In this document: positions 28,201-41,700 of the stretch, piece after piece
Layout of the letters: each line of letters opens with the position of its first letter
Position numbering within the stretch: the stretch's first letter is position 1
From: Octopus sinensis
Taxonomy: Eukaryota
Assembly (NCBI RefSeq): GCF_006345805.1
Contig: NC_042998.1
Span: 137,268,001-137,332,000 of the forward strand
Direction of reading: 5' to 3'
DNA: 64,000 nucleotides
Notes under the pieces: model-generated
The model's database searches: none
Told to the model about the DNA's origin: nothing
What the model saw: only the letters and a program-made list of their open reading frames with translations
Position numbers and translations under genes: made by a program

Positions 28201-31200
28201 ATGGGATAAGTGTCTGACAACAGAGATCACAGTAATATTGTTGCAGTATTGCAATTGTGGAATGATGGAAGCACTAAAGAACCAACTACATTCCTTACAG
28301 TATTTATTTCTGTCTTTCTGCATTCTGAGTGCAAATTCTACCAGGTTTTCCTTTGCCTTTCATCAATCTGCAGGTCAACATCTGCAGAAAAGACATGAGC
28401 TGGGAGGAGATTCTAGAGGAATGATATTCAGGGCAAGAAGGATTAAGTTTTGTGGTTAGTGTGGGGGAAAGAAGAGCTGGATGCAACAAAGTTGAAAGTT
28501 AGAGAGATGAGTGAGGAGGGTGCCTGAGTAGTGGAGGTATGAAACCAGCCAGCTACAAGGAACTGAGGTCATTATAATAATGATAGAAGAGACTGTGTTG
28601 TGACAGCATTGTAATAATTTTGTAGAATTACTATAATTGATTAACAATGTTTTAATTATAACAATTTCAATTATTTACAGGTAAAATACAAGAAGCACAA
28701 AAGAAAAAAGCAGACTACCAAGCTGTACAAGCAGAAAGTGGCACAGATTAGTGTTGGCCAAGACATGAACATCAAAACAGAACCGGTGGACATTAAGGAC
28801 CAGATGAAAATACCCATTGGTTCAACTGCAAATGTACTTAATGCATCTCGTTCAGCCCTTGTTGCTCACTACAGCAGTGTGTCATCATTCAGTCATCAGC
28901 AACAGCAGCAGCATCAGCAACAACAACAACAGAATGAGATTCAACAGCAACATCACCATCATAACCACCATCATTCCCCTCCCCATCAACAACCATCCTT
29001 ACAAAACCTTGATATGCCACAATATCACACTGAACACTTAAAGACAATCAGGCCACAGCCTCACCCTAGCAAGCCCCCTCCTTCACAATTGTCTCCTCAT
29101 TCCCAATCACAGCTGTCCCCAGCATCCACTTCCCAAGTGTTATCTCTGTTGCCAGCGTCTCCTATGCCACACTTTGAGAGACTCATCAATGAACTTATAC
29201 AGTGTGATTGTCTCTTAGACATAGCTGATGCCTGTAAATTAGATGAGTTAATTAATGATGACATTGTCTCGAACACTCTCTATAAAATTGGTGATAGCAT
29301 TGTTAATAAGCTGGTCAAATGGACTCGACAGCTGCCATTCTATAGTGAAATACCTCTACAGATACATCAACAGATCTTAACTGAAAAATGGCATGAACTT
29401 TTGCTGTTGATTACGACAGCTCACCGAGCTTTGATCACTACTAAGCCAACTGCTATGTCATTTGGAGATCTTTATCGGTGGAACATGTCAAAACTTGCAC
29501 AATATTTGAATAAAAATTTTCAGAAATATTTCACTTTGGAGGAACTGACCAATGAAATTGGTGAGATTGTTGAGAAAATAACCCATGTTATGGCTGCCTT
29601 TGTCAATATGAATTTATCAAAGCAAGAATATGTCTGTTTACAAGTTGTGCTGTTATTAAATCATAGTAAGTTTGGTTATATTATTGTCATTATCAATTAT
29701 TATTTGCTATTATCATATTATAATTATTGTCATTATCTAAATCAACATTGTCAACAGTATTATCATTGAATGTCTAAATATCTGAGTTGAGTTATTATTG
29801 ATAGCATTATAATTTCTTTAAAGATGAAAAATCTTTCAATATTTATGTCTGCATCACATATCAATCAATTTCATCTCCAATCCTGATCGGGTATGTTATT
29901 CCTAGATGAATGTACCACATTGGATTTGAATTTAAAACTCATTTTTCATTTCTGAAAGATGACATACCCTTTTGATACCTGGAATCATTTCTAGTTTAAC
30001 ACTACACACTTTCTGTTTAAAGAAATCTAAATTAAAACGTTCCATTAAAATTATCATGTTGATTTATGTTTCAAATACAATTATTTTATCAAATTCTTCA
30101 TTACCATATTTGATGGCATATAAGATACACACTTTTCACCATAAAAATGTCTCAAAACATCATCACTACCCCTGGTCTTATATGCAATTTTGGACTACCC
30201 TTAAGTTTTAATGCATTAAAAACATTTTTCTTAAATATTCACTGCTGAAATTGGGGTCCATCTAATATGCCCATGTGTCTTTTATGTCATCAAATATAGT
30301 ATTTACAAAATTAATTGAAACAAAGGCAGTGTATTTTGACAGAAATATGGTAACAAAGAATTCATAGACTGGAAAATTTAAGATACATTTTCTTTATTAA
30401 TTTATGATATTTTTCTGGATAATAAGGGTACAGGATAAATGCCCCTTAACATATTGCGATGTAGGGTCCCTTAAGACATTGCTAAGTAAGCTCACCACCA
30501 AAATATTTAGGATGACCCACTTTTGGTGTCTGATTCCATTCTGTACTCACAAGAGTTGAATACCAACATTGTAATCTAACTAAGAACCCAGCAATTATAC
30601 AATATTTTCTTTGCTTACAACAAGGAGTTTTACCTACTCTGTGGTACCTACTTACTGTTAGGGTTTTTACACTGGCAACAATTTGTAGAGGCAGTGCACC
30701 ATCACCACTTTAACATCCATTCTTCCATGTTTCCATGAGTAGGATGATGCTTATTGAAATTGATCTTCTATGACTGAATGCCCATACTTTCACTAATCCT
30801 TACTTGTTTCTAAGTAAGGTAATATTTCCTTATGGTCAGACATGTTTTCGTAGAATATTGGAAATGAATGACATTCACTTACAACAATCACCAGATATCA
30901 TAACAAGGAGACACTAACGTACACACACGGACACACACATACACATGTATGCATATAAATTACACATATACACACACACACCTATACATACAACTGGCTT
31001 CTTTCAGTTTCCATCCATCAAATTAATTCAAAAGGCTTGATTGGCATGGTGCTATAGTGGAAGACATCTACCCAACATGCCATACAGTGGGACTGAAATT
31101 GAAACCACGTGGTTGGAAAGCAAACTTTTCAACCACATGGCCATGCTTGTTCCTCATTGATTGAATTAAGCTCACAACAAACCAAAGGACAAAAAAGTAA

Positions 31201-31607
31201 ACTATATTTGATTTCATCCCTGAAGGACATAACTTCATGTAATAAAGCATCTCAATGTAACAGACACTGTATCCTTTCCTTCATTCCCCCAAATAAATAA
31301 AAGTAATTTTGGTTTGCTCGTACAGCTTTATGTAAACTAACTTCCCTATATTTTGTCCATAAATTATTTATAAATTTTTTTTCATTTGTTTTCTTTAATT
31401 CTTTCAGATCAAACAATGCCGGTGAAAGAAGTAGAGAGAGTTCAAGACAGATATACATGTGCTCTACAGCAGTACATTGCAGTTCACCATTCTGATGAAC
31501 CAAACAGATTTGGTGAGCTTCTGCTGCGCCTGCCAGAGATCCAGTCTGCCTCAGCACTCTTACTTAAGAGCAAGATGATATATGTTCCTTTCCTATTAAC
31601 ATCCTAG
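23413..31607 (+). CDS. Hr4: Nuclear hormone receptor HR4 (NR6A/GCNF-related), spliced CDS of 5 exons, about 1085 aa
   Basis: All introns are GT-AG with compatible phases (2,1,0,1). Exon lengths 1862+149+62+985+200 = 3258 nt, divisible by 3. The spliced DBD reads [97 protein letters not shown], and the protein ends in an LBD with C-terminal [11 protein letters not shown]. Both match insect HR4 as I recall it. The true start may lie in an upstream exon. Confidence 0.93.
25966..26114 (+). CDS. Hr4: HR4 coding exon 2: rest of DNA-binding domain
   Basis: Acceptor ttctctttgcag|g. Translates [49 protein letters not shown]. Donor G|gtaagc. Not in the ORF track. Confidence 0.96.
27820..27881 (+). CDS. 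Hr4: HR4 coding exon 3: T/A-box C-terminal extension
   Basis: Acceptor cctttcctccttag|ct. Translates [21 protein letters not shown]. Donor AAG|gtttgt. Confidence 0.95.
28681..29665 (+). CDS. Hr4: HR4 coding exon 4: hinge and most of ligand-binding domain
   Basis: Acceptor ttatttacag|gta. Starts [10 protein letters not shown] in frame with ORF 28738..29769. Contains LBD signature ([19 protein letters not shown]...[11 protein letters not shown]...[14 protein letters not shown]). Donor A|gtaagt. Confidence 0.93.
30104..30299. mobile_element. Tc1/pogo-type MITE in HR4 intron 4
   Basis: TA|ccatatttgatggcatataagatacac ... gtgtcttttatgtcatcaaatatag|TA: imperfect TIRs of about 25 bp with TA TSD. 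Confidence 0.7.
31408..31607 (+). CDS. Hr4: HR4 terminal coding exon
   Basis: Acceptor ttctttcag|at. Translates [22 protein letters not shown]...[35 protein letters not shown], stop TAG. Confidence 0.94.
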
Positions 31608-32152
31608 CTGACTTTTCACTTTCTTTTGAACACAACATCCCTTACCATCTCCCAGCTAAACTCAACTACCTTCCTCCTCCTTAAACATACATCTATACAA
31701 ACACATATATAAATTTTGGTATTAACCACTGTCAGGCTCTTTGAAGCTAAGTTATCAAAAGTACTGAGTAATAATAATGATAATAATTATAATTATAAAT
31801 AACAATAATAATACCACAAAGATGACTTCATTTCATCACTTACAATGTTTTGTTTTTTTTTTGTTTTTTTTTTCTTTTTACCTTTTACCCTCACTATGCC
31901 TTCAAGAAGGAACTGGATTTTCTAACATTCTTAAGGAAGAAGAAAGTGAAAGAAATAATAGTAGTTAAAAATTGTAAAGAAAAAAGCAAAAAAAAAACGA
32001 ATGTGAAAAAAAATATGTACATTGTTTTACAAACACGGGTATGCACACAATAAGGTATGTGCAAACAGTTGAAGGCTATATGTATATATATATGTATGTA
32101 TATATGTATGTATATATATATGTATATATATATATATATGTGTATATATATA

Positions 32153-32197
<45 letters not shown>

Positions 32198-32528
32198 GTG
32201 TACACGCACACATATTTCTATGGCGTGTTGAAAATGAAGTGTTGTTGGATAATGTGTTTGAAAAAGTTCTGATAACAAAAACTAAAAACGAAAAAAAAAG
32301 AAGATAAACTGTTTTTGTTTTGTTTTTATTTATTAACTTTCATTTTTGTGTCAGTCAGTCATCCTTTTTATTTATTCATTAAGTTTTCTATAATTGACTT
32401 ATCGTGCTTCCTTTGTTTTGTTATCATTGAATTGAACACACACGCATATATATATCTGTATATATACACACACATAAATATGTGTGTGTGTCTTATACAT
32501 ACAGGTGTATGTGTGCATATATGTATAG

Positions 32529-32599
<71 letters not shown>

Positions 32600-32660
32600 T
32601 ATACACACACATATACACACACACATAATGTATGTGTATATATGTGTGTGTGTGTGCATA

Positions 32661-32691
<31 letters not shown>

Positions 32692-34444
32692 ATGTTATTG
32701 TGTGTGTGTGTGTGTAAATATGTTATTGTGTGTGTATGTATCCTTGGAATTGATATCTGATTTTTAGTCCAGTTCTTGTCATGAAATAATGAAATATATT
32801 CCAAGGACAATTGTTATATCAGCCTTGTTCTTAAATATCTGTTAGAAATTATATATATACTGTGTGTGTCTCTGTGATTGAAAAGATAACAATACTTGAG
32901 TTTTACATATTTTTATTTTTAACTCAAGTATAGTTGTGTTCATACGCACATTTGTTTACACATAAACACAATCAAGCATGCATAAATACACATGCATACA
33001 CTCATACAAATACTAAAAAAGAGAAGACTTTTGTATAGGCTATATCTGTAAAATCTTGACAGCTGCCTTATATTTGGAAATATTCTTTTATCAGCAATTT
33101 TTCTATGTTGAAATCTTCAGTACTTAAGCTTGGTATATTTCGGATTTTTTATGTGTCAGAATATTGGTAATCTTTAAAAACTTGTCTTGTCTTGATAATT
33201 TGGGGGCCTTCTTCACTGGTCAGAACAATGGTGATAAATTTCTGTTTGGTTTTGGCAATCTGAGGTAAAATATTTGAGTTGATGGAGTATAGGGTTGCCT
33301 GCTCTGGGCATGTGAACTCATAGCTGCTACTAGTGTTTCATTGTTATTTCAAAGCAGGATACTTATACCCACATTGCTGCAGTCCATTTAGCTGTAAGAG
33401 CAGAGACTTTCCTATGAAAGATACTTGCAATAGAATTAATTCTACCATCGGTTATTCTTATCTTTTATTTCTTTTTTAGCATAAAGACAATAGTTTAGCT
33501 TCATTTCTCTGGAGCCCTTAGTTTCATTGGTAATATGAATCAGACTGTAAGCCAAAATCTCAGGTATATCATCACATGTTGAACTTTCTACACTGGCTAA
33601 ACTAAACCTGATATATTCCTGGATGACCTTGGTAATAGGGATCAGATGAATTAGTAGTTGAGACCAAATTCTAATTAAAAACTCAGTGTTGGCAATAAGA
33701 AGCTACCACATAGTTCTGGCATCTCCAACATCTTTAGATACAACCCAGAGTTTGACTTCACTGATGTTTCTTTTTAGAAAGTTGTTTTATGAATATGTTT
33801 TTTTTTTCCTTCTCTTTTTAGTATTATTATTTATTTCCAGCCAAGAATTAGATTTTGGTTCATTCAAATTTCATAGTTTGACACCAATCTGTTTTTAATA
33901 TTAAGGGCTTTCAAGACGGCAAGCTGGCAGAATCATTATAGTGCCAAGTTAAATGCTTAGTGGCATTTCGTCCATCTTTAGGATCTAAGTTCAAATTTCA
34001 CCGGTGTCAGCCTTTCCTTTCAGCCTTTTTGGGTTGATAAAATCAGTACCAGTGAAACGCTGGGGTTGATGTAATCAACTTATCCCCTCCCCAAAATTGC
34101 TAGCTTTCTGTACTAGTTTCACTTGTTATATTTCTTGCTGGAAACCTAACTTCATTTATTTGTTCACTTTATATATTTTCCTGTATATGGAGAAGTAAGA
34201 AACATCAGTAACAGTAAATTATTTAGCCACCAGTTCTCAATGACAAATGATCAACACTCAGCTTTATAACTGATCCCTGTCATCATCTTGTTGATTTTTT
34301 TTTATTTAGACAATAAACTTTCTTTTGTTATCAAGTTCAACTACAGAGTTAATACAGTCTCTTTAGATAGCAAACTATTGACATATAGGTACACATTAAA
34401 TCTCTAAATAAATGTTTTCCTTTTTATTAATTTTTTGTCATTAA

Positions 34445-35791
34445 AAAGGCAGTGAGTTAACAGAATCATTACTGCTTAGTGGCATTTCTTTTGACTTTAT
34501 CTTCTGAGTGCAAATTCCACTGAGGTTGACTTTGCCTTTCATCCTTTTAGGGTTGATAAAATAAGTACCAGTTGAGCACTGGGGTTGATGTAATTGAATG
34601 TAGTTGACTTACCCCCTCCCTGAAATTGCTGTTATTATTATCTAAAGCAGCAAACTGACAGAATTGTTACTATGCCATGCAAAATGATTAGCAGCATTTC
34701 CTCTGGTTTTATATTCTGAGTTCAAATGCTACCACAGTCAACTTTGTCTTTCATCCTTCAAGGTCAATAAAATAAGTGCCAGTTGAGCACTGATGCTTGT
34801 GTAATTGACTTCCCCTTCCATCCAAAATTGCTGGCCCTGTATCAAAAATTAGAAAAAAATATTATTATTATTTGTTGATGAGTTAACAGAATTGTTAACA
34901 CAGACAAAATGCTTAGCACTATTTCTTCCATCTCTTTACATTCTCAGTTCACTGAGGTCAGCTTTGCCTTTCATTCTTTGAGGTTGATTAAATAAAGTAC
35001 CATTGAAATATTAGAGTTGGTGTAATCAACTTTCCCCCTCCCTACACATTTCAGGCTTTGAAAGAATTAGAAAGAATTATTGATATTTAAGATGGTGAGC
35101 TGGCAGAATTATTTGTGTCAGAAAAAGATACTCTGCAGTATTTGTTTGCTATGGCTCTTTACATTCTGAGTTCAAATCCTTAGCCGGATTTGAACCTTAC
35201 CTTTCAGCCTTTCAGGGTTCTTAAATAAAGTACCACTCAAGTCCTGAGGTTGAATGGTACTAATCCCCTCCCATCAAATTTACAGGCTTTGTGCTTTTGT
35301 CAGAAACCAGTATTCACCATCATCTTCATCATTTAACATCCATTTTTCCATGCTGGCATGGGACATTAAATGATGATGAATACTGGTTTCGTCTTTGTAT
35401 TGATATTATTATCTCCAAATTCTACCAAGGTTGACTTTGCCTTTCATCCTTTCAGGGCCAATAAATTAAATACCAGTTGAGTACTGGAGTCAATGTAATT
35501 GTCTATCCTCCTCCCCCAAATTTCAGGCCTTGTGCCTATAGTAGAAAGGATTGTTATTATTATTACTATTGTTAAGGTGGCAAACTGGAAGAATTGTTAG
35601 TGCATCAGACAAAAATACTTCACAGTATTTCTTCCAGTTTTACATTCTGAGCTCAAATTCTGTCAAGGTCGACTTTGCCTTTCATCTTTCTGGAGTTCAT
35701 AAAATAAGTCCCAGTCAAGTACTGGGGTCAATGTAATCAAGTAGCCCCCTCTCCACTAAACATTTCAGGCCTTGTGCCTTTAATAGAAAGG

Positions 35792-35844
<53 letters not shown>

Positions 35845-36290
35845 GGCAGCAAGCTGGCACTGTTGTTAGTATGCTGGACAAAATGCTTAGAATTTCTTTT
35901 AGCTTTACATTCTGAGTTCAAATGCTATCAAGTTCAACTTAGTCTTTCATCTTTTTGGATTCAATAAAATAAAGTACCAGTGAAGTATTGAGTGTGGGTG
36001 GGGTCAATATAATTGATTTTCCCCCCATCCCCTGAAATTGCTGGCCTTGTGCCAAAATTTGAAACCAGGGTGGTGAGCTGGCAGAATCATCACTACACTG
36101 AACAAAATGCTTAGTGACATTTCGTCCATCTTTACATTCTGAGTTCTTAATCCGTCAAGGTCAACTTATCCCTTCATCCTTTCAAAGTCAATAAAAGAAG
36201 TACCTGTTGAGTACTGAGGTCAATGTAATCAACTAACCCTTCCCTACAAAATTTCAGGCCCTATGCCTATAGTAGAAAGAATAATTATTA
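34445..36290 (+). repeat. Head-to-tail array of 8 diverged tRNA-derived SINE copies (family B here)
   Basis: Repeated unit ggcagcgagctggcagaatc...gagttcaaattc...gactttgcctttcatcc...aagtaccagttgag.actgggg...ccctcccc, with A-box-like and B-box-like motifs. Units are separated by short (ATT)n or abut directly. A ninth copy lies at about 33913-34115. Confidence 0.88.
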
Positions 36291-37529
36291 TGGTTTTAAA
36301 TTTTTTTTTTTTTTTTGAAAAGGAAAATTACAGTTGAGACATTAGAAAGAACAAAAGTCAGATAGGTTCCATTATTTTGCTATAATTTATTATTATTCTT
36401 GTAAAATAATATCAACCAAAGCACACTTACTCATCTATATACAAAGATATGCATGCACACACATGCACTTTTTTTTTTGCTTCTTTAATTCTTTTAGGTC
36501 ATTCACACATCACTGATAAGGTGCTTCCTAAAGCTGTTACATTATAATACCATCCATCACAACATCTCATTTCCAGTTTGAGGCAGGTAGAGTTAAGTGT
36601 CTTTCCTAAGGACAGTGCAATCTCTGCTGCTGAGTATTATTAATTCATGGCTCTTAAACTTAAGAGTTCAGTACATTATCCATTTGGCCACTGGGCATTA
36701 ACATACCTTATTATATATTGAAGCAAACGCACACACTTTCATATATACATAATGTCACAAATGCACAAACTGTACCCATATATGCATAAACAGTTACACG
36801 CATATACATACATATATATACACAAGAGTTCATACTGACAGTCAATGTAGACATACAGTTAATTTTTTCTGCCCATAGATACTTTTATAAGCTCCAGCTT
36901 TGTTGGATTGTTAAGAAATTTTCTTGTTAATAATGAGGGCATTTGAAAAATGATGTGTACAGATAAGAGATAATCACATTTTCTTTTCTTTTAGTGTACA
37001 CATTAACAATTTTGCATTTTGAAAAAAAAGTTGTTATATTGAAAAAGAAAACACTAATAATAAAGGAAAAACAGAATTACCATTTGTGTAAAGAAATATA
37101 TATATATATTTACTATTTTGGAATTAAACATTTCACTTATGATATTCATATAAATCACACAGTAAGAAGGATAATAATAATGATAATATTCATTCGTCTG
37201 AAATAAAATATTGAAATTTTTAATTTTGTGATATCTTAAAAATTTTTTTTTAATCTGCAATATTAACCAATGTTTTCGTTATTTTCTGAATGAATATTCA
37301 CCTGTATATTTTCATGTCTGTATTTATTTCCCTCGATATTTGTGGGTTAAGAGTTCAAACATCTGCCTCACTACTGAAATTAGCACTCATATAAACTTGT
37401 CTTTTCTGACAAGGCTTGTCTAAAACCTGCCGTTGCGCTTAATTATTTTTCTACATAACTGCATTATTTGCAAATGCTGATTAGATTTTTTTGAATGCTT
37501 TCACTCAGCCTCTCTCTCTCTCTCTCTCT

Positions 37530-37581
37530 CTTCTCTCTATATATATATATATATAATTATATATATATATATATACATACA

Positions 37582-37623
<42 letters not shown>

Positions 37624-37624
37624 C

Positions 37625-37655
<31 letters not shown>

Positions 37656-37797
37656 ATATATATATATATATACATACATACATAATACATACATCTATAT
37701 ATATATATTATATATATATATATATATACATACATACCATACATTATATATATATATATATAATATATATATATATATAATATATATATATACACAC

Positions 37798-37854
<57 letters not shown>

Positions 37855-37922
37855 TCATATATATATATATATATATATATAATATACATAATACACATAT
37901 ATATATATATATATATACATAC

Positions 37923-37957
<35 letters not shown>

Positions 37958-38104
37958 CCACATACATATATATATATATATATATACTACATACATATAT
38001 ATAATATATATACACATACATAATATAATATATATATATATATACACATACATATAATATATATATATATATATACACATACATATATATATATATATAT
38101 ATAC

Positions 38105-38137
<33 letters not shown>

Positions 38138-38232
38138 CATACACATATATATGATTTGATTTTTCCAGTTTCAGCTAATGAGCTGTGGCCATGCTGGGGC
38201 ACCGCCATGGCACCGCCATGTATATATACATT

Positions 38233-38291
<59 letters not shown>

Positions 38292-38300
38292 CATACATAT
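37530..38300. repeat. Imperfect (TA)n/(CA)n microsatellite block
   Basis: Seen directly. Confidence 0.93.
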
Positions 38301-41300
38301 ATTTCTATCTATATTTTTCATGTGAGATTATATCCTCCAAAAACCACATCCCAAATTGTTCACAGAATCTTTCATGCCACCATCCCTTACAAAGTATCAT
38401 TTTTCAAGTATATTGCTTTTAGAACTGGGTGAAAATTATTGGAAGTTGAGTATAGAGATCATTATGTTTTAATCTAACAAGCAACCACTACATATAAATG
38501 AAAGAATGACATCAATTGTTCATTTAAAACAAAATCCTGTTAACCATCCTAGGTGTTGTAACAGAATGAGTTTCCATTGGGCTCCAACCTATCTGTCAAA
38601 CAGATATTTGAATGTTATTACAAGTCTTCTGCTCTTAATGTGGTTAAATACACTTAACATTTAATGGTTCTGTTCATCTAAGTGTAAACAGGTGCAATGA
38701 AGAGACAAAGTTCACTGCAAAAAGTGCCGGCAACTCATTCTGCATGTATAATGATTGTTTTATTAGCTGCAGTGCTAATGCCACCCATGTTTAACTTAGA
38801 GATGTATGAACTTCACCAAGTTGATTTGCCCCAGATACATCACAAGAAGCCAAAATATTTCCAGTAGTGTTAATGTGATTTACCATTCATTAACCATAAG
38901 AACTTAACCTCCTGTAATTTTCATCTTTACCTCATTATTAAAATCAAGTGTAGAACAACTATATTTGTTAGTGGTGGCATAATGAAAGAACTGGTTTCAG
39001 AGTGTCAAAAATTCATGTAAAATGCATTTATTGACTATTAAAAGTGATGCAGTCATAAACAGCTTCAATTTAAAAACAAAAAAATAAAAAATTTAGGAAC
39101 TAATTTATAATTTATTCTATATGTAAAGTTAAAGTTTCTGTATAAATGTTTTATACACAACATGCTAACTGTAAACCAGTTTTGTGTTATCAACATCATC
39201 TTCATCATCGTACAATGTCCAACTAACTTTTTGTTTGTTTGTTTGGTTATTTTTTTTTCATTTTTAAATGTTTATTTTTAATAAAAACATGTAAGGTCAC
39301 TATCATCTTGATTATTGATTGATTAGACAGAGAAATTTTTCAGAATTTCTACATACAATATATACAATATTCATGCCAAATTCATGCAGATTTTTAGAAG
39401 GTTGAAGACTTTTCTTTATATAAACAGCTATCTCTCCCTGTCTATTTTTGGATTGTGAATCATGATTGGAGAAAAGAAAAGAAACTTTTGAGATTATACA
39501 CACGAACAATAAAAAATACAAAGCATTAAACAATTATTTAAACATATGCAAAATATTTCTCTTACAACCATGTGACAGGCTACTGTGAAGGGCTTTCAGT
39601 CATGTACTTCCTAGGCAAGTGATTTGATCAGAGACCATGTAAAGGGCTATTTTATAGCACATTTGTAAAGAAAGAGAAAGTTAGGAAATGAAACTTAAGA
39701 TCCAGATAATATTTTTAAAATGTTAGTGTTGTAAGATATTTTAAAGATATATTTGATATTTCATTGAGCTGTCTTTGTAGCTGTCAATTCTACCAACTCA
39801 GCCTTCTATCTTATTCTTTCATGTCAATAGTGCTAATAATATCATCATTGTTAACGAGCAAGTTATTTCTCTCTAAATCAATCAAATTATCATTTTCCTA
39901 ATTATTTCCTCATATAGTTTGAGAAGTCATTGCAAGTATCCCTTTTACCATTGTATATTTTGATGTGTATAACTCTTATCACCCTCCTTTCACACTCTTG
40001 CAAATTTACCTACCCACCCTTACTTTCTAGTCCCCTGTCCCTATTCTCTGATTCTCACCATCTATTGCTATCTTTCGAGTTGAGGCAGCTATGCATCTCC
40101 TCTTCAGCAAGACACATGTTCCTGTCTCTCTATCCTACTTTAAATTCTCATCACCTGGCATAAAGCCACCTTCCTCAATAGCACTACATCTCAACTCAGT
40201 CGAAGGATCTTGTCTTGGCATCACGAAAAAGCACCCAGTACATTCTGTAAAAGGACTGGCATTAACAAGGGCATCCAACTATTGGATCTCAGCACAGTCT
40301 TCTGGCTCATCAGTTCCTGTTAAACCATCCAAGCCATGCCAGCATAGGAAAGAGGCATTAAATGATGATGATGCATTCAAATCTAAACCTATAATAGAGG
40401 TACAACACCAACTTTCCAGAAACTGATGGTCTGGAATCTCTTATAATCAACACTAATTTACAAGCAGAAACTTCAAATTCCCACAGCCAACAGACTAGAT
40501 TAGTGGGCAGCCCTGTTTCACAATACCTTGTGCAGTACAGTGTTAATAAACTTGTATCAGTTATACTAATGTGCAGGCACCTGTATTTCATTTAATTATT
40601 TAAGTAAATTTAGTATTCAATTTAGAGGTGACCACTCCTGGTTCAGAAAATCGACCTTGTACCTGCATATTATTACAGTTTTCTCTTTAGCATTATTTGT
40701 GCACGTGTGTGGTCTATGTAATTTAATCAATATAAACAGTTATTCAAATTTCATCCAATTATTATTTTATCCAAACCCAATATGCTGTCATCATCTACAT
40801 TAATGAGATTAGTTCTTTTATTAACAGAGCTTGAATCTCAGAGCACTATTGCTAATCATATCAGCAACAATAATTATATAACTACTGGCTACATTGAGTG
40901 AAATATCTATTATCTAAATCTCACTTAAGAGTGAATATCTTGGTATACAGTCATATTATATTCATTTTATTTGCAAGTCTAAAGGGAAGAGCAATAACTA
41001 ACTATTCTTTTCCTTTTTTTTTTTTTTGTTACTTGAAATGTTTTTCAGTAACAGCAGACCTTTTAATTTAATTAACATTCTGTTAGAATTTTACAAGTTC
41101 ATTTCATCAGAGTTTAGATCTTCTTACAAGATAAAGTTGTAACTATGACAATTTGGTGCAGTCTTGCTTCAGGTAATACCATTACATTAAAAAACATTGT
41201 ACCAAAGCTTGGAGATTTATTTAGCTTAAAGTATAGTTGCTTTATACGTTAAACTTTTCATGTTAGTAAAATGAGGGAAGTGGGTTCTAGTAAGATAATA

Positions 41301-41489
41301 TCCTCAGAAGAAAGGAGTGTGATATTTAGTGATGCTGGAATGAGGAAATATTAGTGTATAGGATGGGTTATTTACATATTGATAGAGCAAAACCCATCAT
41401 AGTAACAGGAAGAGGATACACAGGGCTTTCTTTACTCTTACTGGTTTGGTCTGTTGGAAGGGGCCATGAACATGACTATTTGTAGATCT

Positions 41490-41700
41490 AACACCAGTGA
41501 GATTCATGCCTTGAACATTTTTCTTTAATGCTGCAAGTTGATAGCTGCCAGAAAGGGATTCCAGAGAGCCAACATTTTGGAGTGAGAGAACTTGATATAA
41601 GGCTTAATGGCAAGGACTTAGAGAGGACAGAATAAGGATGACAAGAATAGAAAGGAAGATATTTGAGTGGAGGTGGCATGAGATCAGCTGTCACATCTCA
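41490..41700 (-). mobile_element. Possible decayed CR1/L2-type LINE 3' end
   Basis: Minus strand ...HPYSVL...LSGIPFWQLSTCSIK resembles the HPYSV...LWNSLP end of CR1/L2 ORF2. Heavily eroded. Confidence 0.35.

Noticed and set aside
29666-29769. C-terminal part of ORF 28738..29769 (SKFGYIIV...)
   Set aside because: Read-through into intron 4 past the GTAAGT donor. The LBD continues at 31408.
34445-36290. Regularly spaced repeats that superficially resemble a CRISPR array
   Set aside because: Eukaryotic context, units of about 200-230 bp that are diverged SINEs, no short constant repeat with unique spacers, and no cas genes.
39280-39285. AATAAA after a U-rich stretch as a distal HR4 poly(A) site
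   Set aside because: AATAAA is common in such AT-rich DNA and cannot be assigned without transcript data.
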